A stretch of 64,000 nt of DNA from Bdellovibrionales bacterium (GCA_031370005.1 JANMPT010000028.1:160001-224000); one strand, 5' to 3'. Shown: positions 55,587-64,000, numbered from the stretch's first letter. The notes: a model not told the origin generated them from the letters alone. Translations and numbers: made by a program.

Positions 55587-55841
55587 ATGTCTTATGAAAA
55601 GCCCAATGGAAAGTTTCAACTAAAACGTATACGCGCTTCCATTAAAAAAGACAGAGTAAGTCCATCGGACTTCCTTAGGTATGATTTCCGTTCATCTTGT
55701 GAGGATTGTTCTCACTTTAACTCTTTAAAAATCCTTTGCACTTTAGGATACAACACAAGCCCCCATCTTAAGGCCCAGCAACTTTATGATTATGAAGTAT
55801 CAGGAAAGATAGCCCAGTGCCGATTTCTTGAAATTGACTAA
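55587..55841 (+). CDS. Small Cys-rich hypothetical protein
   Basis: CEDCSHF..CTLG..H..CRF; fills the gap between clpB and flagellin. Confidence 0.6.
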   Translation: MSYEKPNGKFQLKRIRASIKKDRVSPSDFLRYDFRSSCEDCSHFNSLKILCTLGYNTSPHLKAQQLYDYEVSGKIAQCRFLEID

Positions 55842-55997
55842 AATTTGGCTGACCCAATGTCGAGTTTCACCTCTGAAAACCAAGAAATTACAATATAAGG
55901 GTCTGATAAAAGCACCTTTGTCTTGGTTTTTAAAAAATCCCCGATCTATCTTTGGACTAGTATTGTAAAAAAACAGCAAAACACGCCTACCGTCCTG

Positions 55998-56024
55998 TCA
56001 AGACTTCGTCGCAGATCCCGATCT
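55998..56024 (+). promoter_or_regulatory. Putative sigma28 promoter of flagellin
   Basis: TCAA-N15-CCCGATCT about 280 nt upstream of the flagellin start. Confidence 0.55.
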
Positions 56025-56066
56025 TAAACACATCAATGATTTTTTGTATTCACAATTACTAATGTG

Positions 56067-56298
56067 GATCCAGGAAGGATCGGAGAGAGATCAAGGTCAC
56101 TCTCTCCTAAAACACGAAAGGAGGGCCTTCAAGGATGAAATAAGAACGAACAACCAAATGTTCTTTATTTTACTTAAATAGTAATAGGCCAAAAAAATAA
56201 AAAATCGGCTCGGATGCCGCCCCAACAAACGGACTAGGGGAATTAAAAACTCAAGGAGGGTATTTAAATGAAAATTAATAATTCTTAACGGAGGAATT
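56067..56298 (+). promoter_or_regulatory. Structured 5' leader with multiple CsrA-type GGA hairpins
   Basis: GATCC-AGGAA-GGATC, TTCA-AGGA-TGAA, CGGC-TCGGAT-GCCG, AATTCTT-AACGG-AGGAATT. Confidence 0.6.
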
Positions 56299-56302
56299 TA
56301 AA

Positions 56303-57136
56303 ATGGGAATGAGAGTAACAACAAATATTGCTGCACTGAATGCTCAAAGAAACTTAATTGGAAGCCAAAGACAAATTCAAGGTTCTATGGCCCAACTTGC
56401 TTCTGGAAGCCGTATCAACAAAGCTGCTGATGACGCCGCTGGTCTTGCGATTTCAGAAAACTTGAAAGCGCAAATCCGATCTGCAACTCAAGCACAAAGA
56501 AATGCTAACGATGGTATCTCAATGGTTCAAACTGCAGAGGGTGGGTTGAACGAAATCGGAAACATCGTAGTCCGCCTTCGTGAGTTGGGAATCCAAGCTT
56601 CATCTGATACAGTTGGAAATACTGAGCGCGGTTTCGTGGATAAAGAGGTTCAACAATTGAAATCTGAAATCCAGCGTATCGCTTCAGTAACTACCTGGGG
56701 AACCACTAAATTGCTAGATGGCTCTTCACCTGAGTTTGATTTCCAAGTTGGTTTGTTCAACAATCAAGAGCAAGATCGTATCACCTTCCATGCTGGTGAA
56801 AACGTGGCAACTCTAGATGCTTTGGGACTTGTTGGTCTTGATTACACTTCAAAAGAAGGTGCTCAGGGCTCGTTGAAATTGCTCGATGCTGCTCAAACTT
56901 CAGTGAACGGGACACGCGCTAATCTTGGTGCCCTTCAAAATCGTTTAACTTCGACTGTTGATAACTTGGGAGTTGCTCAAGAGAACATGTCTGCTGCTAA
57001 CAGCCGTATCCGTGATACAGACGTTGCACAGGCCTCTTCTGAGATGACTCGTAACAACATCTTGCTTCAAGCTGGTACTTCAACTCTAGCTCAAGCAAAC
57101 CAAGTAAACCAATTGGCTCTTAAGTTAATCGGTTAA
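56303..57136 (+). CDS. fliC: Flagellin (277 aa)
   Basis: RVTTNIAAL, LASGSRINKAADDAAGLAISE, SRIRDTDVA, LAQANQ. Confidence 0.97.
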   Translation: MGMRVTTNIAALNAQRNLIGSQRQIQGSMAQLASGSRINKAADDAAGLAISENLKAQIRSATQAQRNANDGISMVQTAEGGLNEIGNIVVRLRELGIQASSDTVGNTERGFVDKEVQQLKSEIQRIASVTTWGTTKLLDGSSPEFDFQVGLFNNQEQDRITFHAGENVATLDALGLVGLDYTSKEGAQGSLKLLDAAQTSVNGTRANLGALQNRLTSTVDNLGVAQENMSAANSRIRDTDVAQASSEMTRNNILLQAGTSTLAQANQVNQLALKLIG

Positions 57137-57178
57137 TATAATGCAAATGCGATAACGCGCGGTTCGAACTGCGCATAC

Positions 57179-57217
57179 AACCCTGGTAGGGAAGCTTACC
57201 AGGGTTTCTTATTTTTT
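57179..57217 (+). terminator. Intrinsic terminator after flagellin
   Basis: AACCCTGGTA..TACCAGGGTT then TCTTATTTTTT. Confidence 0.8.
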
Positions 57218-57312
57218 AGGATTTCTGCCGATGTTATCAACAGGACCCATGTCAGTTCTGAATTTTATCTTTTTTTGTAAAACTATTTTACTAATAATTT
57301 CAAATATTTAAC

Positions 57313-57340
57313 TAAAGTCTTCTCGACTTTTATCCGAAAA
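57313..57340 (+). promoter_or_regulatory. Putative sigma28-like promoter
   Basis: TAAA-N16-TCCGAAAA just upstream of AGGAGG RBS. Confidence 0.45.
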
Positions 57341-57360
57341 ATATAAGGTCAGGAGGAATC

Positions 57361-58089
57361 ATGCTACAAAAAAATATTATCAAAAACTTTGCAGTTGGAT
57401 GCGCACTAATAAGCCTACTTGCTTGCGGAAGTAAGGGTGGATTTGAGTCTCAAAGTACGCTAACTGGTGGCAATAATTCTAGCTCCACAGGGAGCCCAAA
57501 CCCTGGGACTCCTGACGCATACCAAATGCTCCAATATAAAGGGCTTATCTCTGGCGGAAACAATGATGGCACCCTGGTTGTTGATATAGATAAAGCCAAT
57601 GGTGCAATTCTTCTTATCCTTCCACTTCAAATAAATCCTTATATTGACAGTGTTGAGGGCGAGATTCCAGACCTTCCAGGTGTGAAATTCATGACTTATA
57701 AAGACGATAAGGGTGTTTCCTACTTTGCTGTCAGTGTTCCACTGCGCTATATTCGTAAAGGAGCAAGCTTCTTAAATCCAGCTCGCTTACCAAATGGCGA
57801 TGCGCTTCCTCAAATTGCTAGTGGTGAGCTTCCGAGTCTTGCTGTTGCAATTCCGGGCAAAAAAAATGTGAAATTCAACTTTTACATCGGGGTTAACGTG
57901 GTTGGAGTCTATGTTTCCAGTCCTTATGACCCTTATATAGCGCTACACTTTCCTATTCGCAAGGGCCTAGAAACCATCGGATACTTCCATACGGTTCCTG
58001 CTAAATCAGGCTTCGATGGTGGCTTTTTCTTGAATACTCAGATGCCGGACTCAGTAGCCGCTATTATTGACGATCATTTTCGCTTCTGA
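57361..58089 (+). CDS. Hypothetical lipoprotein
   Basis: Lipobox LLAC, Ser/Gly linker, beta-rich body; AGGAGG RBS. Confidence 0.75.
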   Translation: MLQKNIIKNFAVGCALISLLACGSKGGFESQSTLTGGNNSSSTGSPNPGTPDAYQMLQYKGLISGGNNDGTLVVDIDKANGAILLILPLQINPYIDSVEGEIPDLPGVKFMTYKDDKGVSYFAVSVPLRYIRKGASFLNPARLPNGDALPQIASGELPSLAVAIPGKKNVKFNFYIGVNVVGVYVSSPYDPYIALHFPIRKGLETIGYFHTVPAKSGFDGGFFLNTQMPDSVAAIIDDHFRF

Positions 58090-58124
58090 TGACCAAGCCG
58101 TTGATCTGAAGAAATAATTAATTA

Positions 58125-58153
58125 TTGATTGCCCCCAAAAATATCGCTAGGCT
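58125..58153 (+). promoter_or_regulatory. Putative sigma70 promoter
   Basis: TTGATT-N17-TAGGCT. Confidence 0.5.
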
Positions 58154-58186
58154 CTCACTATGTGTTTTAACTTCTAAGGGGGCCTC

Positions 58187-58714
58187 ATGGCAAAAAAAGC
58201 ATCTAAGACTAAAAAAGCGAAAAAGGCAGCTCCAAAAAAAGCCGCTAAAAAGGCAACAAAAAAGGCAGCTCCAAAAAAAGCTACTAAAAAGGCAACGAAA
58301 AAGACGGTCCCGAAAAAGGCCGCTAAAAAAGTAACCAAAAAGGCCGCTCCAAAAAAAGCTACTAAAAAGGCTGCTCCGAAAAAGGCCGCTAAAAAAGTAA
58401 CTAAAAAGACTGCTTCAAAAGCTAAAAAAGCTGCGCTTGCTGGGATTATTATCGGCGGCGGCATGGCTTCCGTAATTAAACCTAAAACTGGTTTAGATGA
58501 TATCACGAGTGAGTTTGATGACGACGCTGAGCTGGATAGCCTGGTTGATATAGAAGAAGAGCCTATCAGTGGTGATGACGAGGGCTGGGAAGATGCAGAC
58601 GAGAAGGAAGATGATTCTTTCGAAGACCTGGAAGATACAACTAACAAAAAGCCTGCTGTTGATGATGATGAAGATGATGAAGACGATAGCGACGACGAAG
58701 AGGGTTACTTCTAG
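58187..58714 (+). CDS. Histone H1-like Lys/Ala-repeat protein with highly acidic C-terminus
   Basis: KKAAPKK repeats (aa 3-81), hydrophobic hinge, D/E-rich tail; AAGGGGG RBS, own promoter and terminator. Confidence 0.85.
   Translation: MAKKASKTKKAKKAAPKKAAKKATKKAAPKKATKKATKKTVPKKAAKKVTKKAAPKKATKKAAPKKAAKKVTKKTASKAKKAALAGIIIGGGMASVIKPKTGLDDITSEFDDDAELDSLVDIEEEPISGDDEGWEDADEKEDDSFEDLEDTTNKKPAVDDDEDDEDDSDDEEGYF
58220..58430 (+). repeat. Imperfect tandem coding repeats (KKAAPKKA[A/T]KK units)
   Basis: Recurrent aaaaaggc(a/c/t)gctcc(a/g)aaaaa(a/g)gc motifs. Confidence 0.8.
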
Positions 58715-58736
58715 TTTCAACTTGAATTAATGAATT

Positions 58737-58773
58737 AAAAAAAGGGACTGTCTTTGCAACAGTCCCTTTTTTT
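58737..58773. terminator. Bidirectional intrinsic terminator
   Basis: AAAAAAAGGGACTGT-CTTTGCA-ACAGTCCCTTTTTTT between convergent genes. Confidence 0.85.
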
Positions 58774-58811
58774 AATTTCTAAATATTTTCCAAACTACAC
58801 ATCATAGAAAT

Positions 58812-59876
58812 CTACTTCATAGGCTTAGAGTGCACGGCGAACTTTTCAAACTCACCATACTCATGAAGTTTGTTATATAGGGTCTTGATCGTTATACCCA
58901 AGTTGTTAGCCGCCTGAGTCTTATTGCCGCCAAAGTGAGCCAATGCTTTCAAGATATAACGTTTCTCAAGCTCATGAAGAGTTAAGCTCGGATCATAGTC
59001 AATAATGTCATCTGCTTTTTCAGGATTACGAATGTTCTCTGGAAGGTCATTCATCATGATCGTGTGACCTTCGGAGAGAATTTGCAATCTTTCGCAGACA
59101 TTTTGAAGCTCTCGAATATTACCCGGCCAGTCATACTTTTGAAGCACCTTCAAAGCATCTTCAGAAATTTGACGACCACGGTCCAAATAAGAATGACTCC
59201 CATTGCCCAAGAAGTGAGTCACAAGGGCTGATATATCCTCACGACGACGGCGAAGAGGCGGAGCACTGACAACGATCGTGTTGATACGGTAGAAAAGATC
59301 CTCGCGAAAATTTCCGCGCTGAACCTCAGCATCCAACTCACGATTAGTTGCCGAGATTAAACGGATATCTACTTTAATCGGATCCTTACCGCCTACTCGA
59401 TACAACTCGCCTTCTTGGATGAAACGAAGTAGTTTTGCCTGAATACCTGGGCTCAACTCACCGATTTCATCGAGGAATAGAGTCCCGCCATTGGCAGTTT
59501 CTGCCAAACCGATTTTTTTATTATAGGCACCAGTGAAGGAACCCTTCTCATGCCCGAAGAGCTCGCTCTCAAGCAAGGTTTCGCGAAGTGCACCACAGTT
59601 AATAGCCACAAAGGGTTTATTGCGACGATTTGATTTTTCATGAATATAACGAGCTACCAATTCCTTACCAGTCCCTGACTCGCCTAAAACCAGAATATTC
59701 GCACTAGATGGGGCCACTCGGTCGATCATTTTCATGAGCGTACCCATAATTTCTGATTGATAGACAATTGTCTTACTTTCACTCGATTTTTGGACCTGGG
59801 CATTCCAAAGAGCTTGCTGGTTGTTTTGAGAAGAGGGTAAAACTGTAGTAGAGGAAGAAGAGCTGTTATTTTCCAT
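58812..59876 (-). CDS. Sigma54-dependent activator (AAA+ and Fis HTH) lacking a sensory domain
   Basis: GESGTGKE, ESELFGHEKGSFTGA, LFLDEI, WPGNIREL; start moved to ATG 59876. Confidence 0.9.
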   Translation of the reverse strand: MENNSSSSSTTVLPSSQNNQQALWNAQVQKSSESKTIVYQSEIMGTLMKMIDRVAPSSANILVLGESGTGKELVARYIHEKSNRRNKPFVAINCGALRETLLESELFGHEKGSFTGAYNKKIGLAETANGGTLFLDEIGELSPGIQAKLLRFIQEGELYRVGGKDPIKVDIRLISATNRELDAEVQRGNFREDLFYRINTIVVSAPPLRRRREDISALVTHFLGNGSHSYLDRGRQISEDALKVLQKYDWPGNIRELQNVCERLQILSEGHTIMMNDLPENIRNPEKADDIIDYDPSLTLHELEKRYILKALAHFGGNKTQAANNLGITIKTLYNKLHEYGEFEKFAVHSKPMK

Positions 59877-60024
59877 TACGTGCCGCCTTTTTTGAAATAT
59901 AATTTTGATACGTTGCGTTAACACGATGCAATATACGAGCGGCTTGTAAATAATGCAAGTAATTTTTTGCACGGCATTATATTTTTTCTAGACCCCGTGT
60001 ATTCCAAAGAAAGGGAGCTCCACC

Positions 60025-60930
60025 ATGGCTTTACGCACTCTAAGGCTCCAGTCTTCAATATCTAAGTATTTGAAATATATGGAATTTGTAAAATCTTCAT
60101 CCCTGCTAACTATAAGGGCATACAAAAAGGATCTAGAGCAAGCCTTTGGCGAAGAGTGCTCTAAACTTGATTCAAAAAGCCTCACCGAACTAGAGCTCCT
60201 GACTCTTGTTCGGGAGGCTCAAAATGGCTGGGCTCAGCTAGGCCTTTCTTCTAGAAATCGTAAAAGCGCCACTCTAAAGAGTTTTTTTGCCTGGGCCTAC
60301 CAGGAGCAGCTAACCGAAAGAGACCTTTCTCTTCTGATCACCTGCCCGAAAGTCCCTAAGAAATTGCCGCATTTTCTAAGTGTGGATGAGGCCCTTGCCG
60401 TTTTGCAATCCTACGATAAAAAAGACATCTCACTTCAGAATCTAAATGATATGGCCCTTTTCCTGATCTTATATGGAGCTGGTCTGCGAGTGAGTGAGGC
60501 ATGTAATCTAAAATGGGCCGATGTGCACTTTTCTTCCCGCAGCCTACGACTGATGGGCAAGGGGCGAAAAGAGCGTCTTGTGATTTTGCCAAACCTTGCA
60601 ATGAAGGCCCTACAAAGACTGCATAAAATCTCTTCTAATAATTTCGTTTTTGGTACAAAAGCCCTGAATCCCCGTGTTGCCTATCAATGGGTCAGGAGCC
60701 GCGGAGCCAAAGCACAATTAATGAAGCCCCTGCATCCACACGCCCTTAGACACAGCTTTGCCACCCACCTCCTGAGTAGCGGAGCTAATCTCAGAACCCT
60801 GCAAGAGCTGCTTGGACATCAGAGTCTTCAAGCTACAGAAAAATACACGCACTTAGGAGTCGACCAACTGGCGCGAACTCTTGAGGCGCACCATCCATTA
60901 AGTACAATTCCCTCTAGAAAAAAAACTTAG
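60025..60930 (+). CDS. xerC: Tyrosine recombinase XerC/XerD family
   Basis: LYGAGLRVSE, GKGRKER, HALRHSFATHLL, LLGH, YTH. Confidence 0.82.
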   Translation: MALRTLRLQSSISKYLKYMEFVKSSSLLTIRAYKKDLEQAFGEECSKLDSKSLTELELLTLVREAQNGWAQLGLSSRNRKSATLKSFFAWAYQEQLTERDLSLLITCPKVPKKLPHFLSVDEALAVLQSYDKKDISLQNLNDMALFLILYGAGLRVSEACNLKWADVHFSSRSLRLMGKGRKERLVILPNLAMKALQRLHKISSNNFVFGTKALNPRVAYQWVRSRGAKAQLMKPLHPHALRHSFATHLLSSGANLRTLQELLGHQSLQATEKYTHLGVDQLARTLEAHHPLSTIPSRKKT

Positions 60931-61535
60931 TGATGTTCTGCAGTCTGCAAATATTGTCGAGTCACGGATTCCACCGTCATGAGTTGAAGACTTATTTCTT
61001 TCTTAAGTGCCTGATCATGCCCCTGGGAGTTGCTCTCTATAATATTCGACTTCAATAAGGGCCCCATCCAAGGCTCAGGATTTAAAACTCCTTGTTGCAT
61101 CAGGAACTTTAGATAAAAGTGCATTTTTAAGAGCGACACATCCTGACAGGACTCCACTGCTGTAAGAGTGTTTCCTAAAAGATTAAAAAGTGCTTCCGAG
61201 CTGCGATCTCCCTCTTGGCTCACCCGAGAGACACAGTCCAAAACATGAAGAGCAAGTTCGAGGTGATCATAGTCTTGACGAATTTTTTTGAAGTCCTTCA
61301 GTAGAGTCGCTTCATTTAGCGTATTCATTCTTCCCACAGCCTCTGCCTGTTTATACGTGAACTGCACAAAGTGAGAAGGTTCTAGAACTCCTCCGCCAAA
61401 GCGCTTTTTACTTCTAAGGGCTCCTCGCGCCAAAAAAGAAAGCTTTTCGCCCAAAGGAGACAAAGCATGCAAAATCAAATCTGTTTCAGAATACTTCATC
61501 TTGCGGAGAATAATAAAACGCTCTTTAACTTCCAC
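60927..61535 (-). CDS. recO: DNA repair protein RecO
   Basis: YSETDLIL..GEKLSFLARGALRSKKRFGG.LEP. Confidence 0.85.
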   Translation of the reverse strand: MEVKERFIILRKMKYSETDLILHALSPLGEKLSFLARGALRSKKRFGGGVLEPSHFVQFTYKQAEAVGRMNTLNEATLLKDFKKIRQDYDHLELALHVLDCVSRVSQEGDRSSEALFNLLGNTLTAVESCQDVSLLKMHFYLKFLMQQGVLNPEPWMGPLLKSNIIESNSQGHDQALKKEISLQLMTVESVTRQYLQTAEHH

Positions 61536-61564
61536 TTCGTGCCCACCAAAAAAGATCCGAAAAA

Positions 61565-62539
61565 TTACCAGCTTTGTTCAGCTTTAATCTCTTCATAGGT
61601 CGTTTTTACGAGCTTGGCAAAATCTTTCGAGGCAAGCCAGTCAGAATCGATTATGAGCAGAGACTCCAAGTCCTCGGTGCTTGGTTTTGGCTCCCACCAG
61701 CCGCTAAAAGTCTTGAAGTGATGCCATCGACACAGATTCGTGGTGTCCATAGTTTTGTAATACTTTGAAGGGTCCACTTGTAGATGATCAAAAAGTCTTT
61801 GCAAAAGAGCCTCTCCATTGACCTCTGGAAATCTCAAAAGTGCACGTTCAAAAAGCCGTGGTGTTGGCTTAGTAAACCAAGGCTTTGCAATTTCGGAAAA
61901 AGATTGCTCGAAGGACTCTACTGAGTTTTGATTTTGTGGGCTAAAATGAATTTTATGAATCGCATCTAAACACTCAGATGAACTCCAGCTCATCTGCGGG
62001 GCCATTAACGGCGAAGTTTTATAGCGCTCACCACAAAAAGCCACAGTAAAGTCATTATTAAGATAACACATGCGTACTGAGTAAGGACGCAATGACACTT
62101 TCTCGTAGAAATGACGAAAATGTGAAATGCGGAAAGAGTAAATCTTTTTCTCATTTAATAGTTCATCCAGATGGTCATAGCTATAGAGCTCGCCCGTAAC
62201 AGGATGATCTTCTGAAAAAAGGACAAAGACAGTGTCTTTTTTCAGACCATTTACCCAGGCTTCAGGATCGCTTAAAGCCAGATGACTAATGGACTGAACA
62301 GCAAAAACTTCTTTGTAAAAATATGGGAGCAAAGAATCGAAATATGGAGTCTGCCCTTTTACAACACCTAAACTTCGTTTGTGCGAAAGAAACTGTGCTG
62401 TGCCTTGAGCTATTTCAAAAACAGCGTGGGCCATCCCTTTATATATCTTGGCGGTATTTTCTGCTGGTAAAGAAAATTGAATCTTCAACTGATCATTCAA
62501 TTTTTCCCATTCTTCTAATTGGACGAGAGCCAACTTCAT
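61565..62539 (-). CDS. Hypothetical protein, degenerate class-V PLP aminotransferase/IscS-like fold
   Basis: DTVFVLFSEDHPVTGELY resembles IscS DTILVSIMHANNETG; catalytic motifs not seen. Confidence 0.5.
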   Translation of the reverse strand: MKLALVQLEEWEKLNDQLKIQFSLPAENTAKIYKGMAHAVFEIAQGTAQFLSHKRSLGVVKGQTPYFDSLLPYFYKEVFAVQSISHLALSDPEAWVNGLKKDTVFVLFSEDHPVTGELYSYDHLDELLNEKKIYSFRISHFRHFYEKVSLRPYSVRMCYLNNDFTVAFCGERYKTSPLMAPQMSWSSSECLDAIHKIHFSPQNQNSVESFEQSFSEIAKPWFTKPTPRLFERALLRFPEVNGEALLQRLFDHLQVDPSKYYKTMDTTNLCRWHHFKTFSGWWEPKPSTEDLESLLIIDSDWLASKDFAKLVKTTYEEIKAEQSW

Positions 62540-62666
62540 AAGCAAAGGGTAGAGCACGGGAAGTCCCTTGTCTAGAGACCAAGGTCCGAATTAGATTTTG
62601 CAGTAGACCCCTAATATAAGACTGCGCTAAAATGTAAATTCTGAATTTATCAGGAGGATAAACCGT

Positions 62667-63281
62667 ATGAAACGACTATTTCTTTGTGCATTTACACTTA
62701 TTACGGGCTCAATGATTTCAATCCCAGCCCATGCCCTTTTCGAGGCCCGATTGACTTATGGCCTGCTCGCTTCAAAACCTGATATGGCTGCCTTGTTCCC
62801 AGGCCAAACAAGTGCACCAACAATAACTCCAACTTACGGACTAGGCGCAGATGTCATTGTCACTCCACCTTTGTTTCCAATCGGCTTTGGTTTGCGTTAT
62901 GAAAATATGGGCATAAGCGCTAGCAGCAGTGGTCTTGAGTTCAAAGCGAACTATACGCGTTCAGCTTTGCTTTTAAATTACCGTATTATTGATACTCTGT
63001 TATTTTTTGGTCCAATTTTCAGCTATGGAATCTCTCATTCTGGAAATATCAAAGCCGTCACGAATGGAACAGAAACTGCAAACTTTAGCTCAGACAAAAT
63101 TTCATCTTATAGCGCAGGCCTTGAGGTCGGAGCTAAGCTCATTGGTTTTCATCTTGGCGCAGAAGCAGGATATCAAGATTTCCACTGGAAAGATGCTCAT
63201 GATAGCACTGGCAATCTTGCGAACCAGGATCTTAACATGTCTGGCGCATACATGAAGGTTCTTCTGGGTTTCGGAATCTAA
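62667..63281 (+). CDS. Outer-membrane beta-barrel protein
   Basis: Signal peptide (..AHA), alternating amphipathic strands, C-terminal YMKVLLGFGI. Confidence 0.7.
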   Translation: MKRLFLCAFTLITGSMISIPAHALFEARLTYGLLASKPDMAALFPGQTSAPTITPTYGLGADVIVTPPLFPIGFGLRYENMGISASSSGLEFKANYTRSALLLNYRIIDTLLFFGPIFSYGISHSGNIKAVTNGTETANFSSDKISSYSAGLEVGAKLIGFHLGAEAGYQDFHWKDAHDSTGNLANQDLNMSGAYMKVLLGFGI

Positions 63282-63319
63282 TCTGCATCTAGGTCCTAGA
63301 GCAAAAACTTAAAACAAAC

Positions 63320-63346
63320 AAAAAAGCTGAGAAATTCGGCTTTTTT
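63320..63346 (+). terminator. Intrinsic terminator
   Basis: AAAAAAGCTGA-GAAAT-TCGGCTTTTTT. Confidence 0.7.
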
Positions 63347-63439
63347 AGTTTTTATTCACTTAACTGTCAAAATTGTATTTCCAATGGAAAAAAAACTAAC
63401 TTAAGTGCACACTAAGGACTAGTTGGAGGAATAATTATA

Positions 63440-64000
63440 ATGCAAAAGAAATCACTTAAACACAAGTTTAAGCTGTGGCTCTCACAGTTCGATATAAGTG
63501 TTTCATTATTTATGATTTTAAATCCTCTTATCTCAACCCTTTTAATTATTGTTTACGCCTTAAATACAACTGAAGTCCCTTGGGGAATTCTAGCCTTCAC
63601 TCTGATCTTTGCAGCAGCCACAAATCTCAGCATCACTGCGGGATACCATCGTCTATTTTCGCATAGAAGTTATGATGCACATCCTGTCATGAAGGCTTTG
63701 TTTCTCTTAATAGGCTCCTCGGGGTTCCAAGGCTCAGCCCTCAAGTGGTCTTCTGATCACCGCCGCCATCACTCTAAAATCGACAGCGAGAACGACCCCT
63801 ACAATATTCAGGAGGGTTTTTGGTACGCCCATATGGGCTGGATGTTCCGCAAAGACAGTATGAATCTTGCAATTCAAGCCCCAGATCTTGAAAAGGACAA
63901 AATGGTTTATCTTCAAAATAAATATTATGTCTGGATTGCCATTGCCACAGGCTTCCTGTTGCCAACACTTGTTGGTTATTTCTTCGGCAGCGCGCTTGCT
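63440..64000 (+). CDS. Delta-9 acyl-CoA (fatty acid) desaturase, partial
   Basis: Not in ORF track; manual translation gives His boxes ITAGYHRLFSH, DHRRHH, GFWYAHMGW; GGAGG RBS; runs off the window. Confidence 0.9.
   Translation, partial: MQKKSLKHKFKLWLSQFDISVSLFMILNPLISTLLIIVYALNTTEVPWGILAFTLIFAAATNLSITAGYHRLFSHRSYDAHPVMKALFLLIGSSGFQGSALKWSSDHRRHHSKIDSENDPYNIQEGFWYAHMGWMFRKDSMNLAIQAPDLEKDKMVYLQNKYYVWIAIATGFLLPTLVGYFFGSALA

Noticed and set aside
55539..55600. CIRCE or sigma32 element upstream of clpB
   Set aside because: No TTAGCACTC-N9-GAGTGCTAA; the TTGACA has no convincing -10 at canonical spacing
55850..56300. c-di-GMP riboswitch upstream of flagellin
   Set aside because: Could not find the GEMM P1/P2 architecture with GNRA loop and receptor; the GGA hairpins explain the region better
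58220..58430. Tandem repeats as CRISPR or VNTR
   Set aside because: In-frame degenerate coding repeats with no unique spacers and no cas genes
58174..58647. 157-aa hydrophobic antisense ORF (FLAAFFGAAF repeats)
   Set aside because: Mirror of the Lys/Ala codon repeats on the opposite strand; RBS, promoter and terminator support the plus-strand gene
60025..60930. Tyrosine recombinase as a prophage or island integrase
   Set aside because: Size and motifs fit XerC/D; neighbours are housekeeping genes; no att repeats, adjacent tRNA or phage genes seen

Overview
Core chromosomal region of a Bdellovibrionota bacterium, probably Bdellovibrionaceae (inferred from gene content, a 277-aa flagellin and protein style). 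1-11.5 kb holds a truncated membrane sensor, a secreted CE4 deacetylase, an LPS/lipid A precursor cluster (manC, GnnB/WbpE-like aminotransferase, atypical kdsA, UPF0104 flippase-like protein, gmhB, gmhA), a TIGR03546/TIGR03545 pair and TlpA. 11.5-42.5 kb is the minus-strand translation/transcription supercluster: Thr/Tyr/Gly/Thr tRNAs, tuf, tRNA-Trp, secE, nusG, rplKAJL, rpoBC, str, S10, spc and alpha. 42.5-64 kb holds rlmB, pyrF, arfB, proS, ntrYX, ribE/B/H, a CsgG/FlgT-like lipoprotein, clpB, flagellin, an H1-like protein, a sigma54 activator, xerC, recO, an OMP and a desaturase. No mobile element or CRISPR array was seen. The most notable oddities are: (1) a charge-balanced basic/acidic diblock H1-like protein; (2) clean absence of rplX (uL24) from the spc operon; (3) a str-operon EF-G with degenerate domain IV loops; (4) a KdsA with two non-canonical active-site residues inside a candidate cluster for mannosylated diamino-glucose lipid A; (5) a long flagellin leader with GGA hairpins and a 6-codon uORF. 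All family calls come from motif recognition by eye, not database searches.
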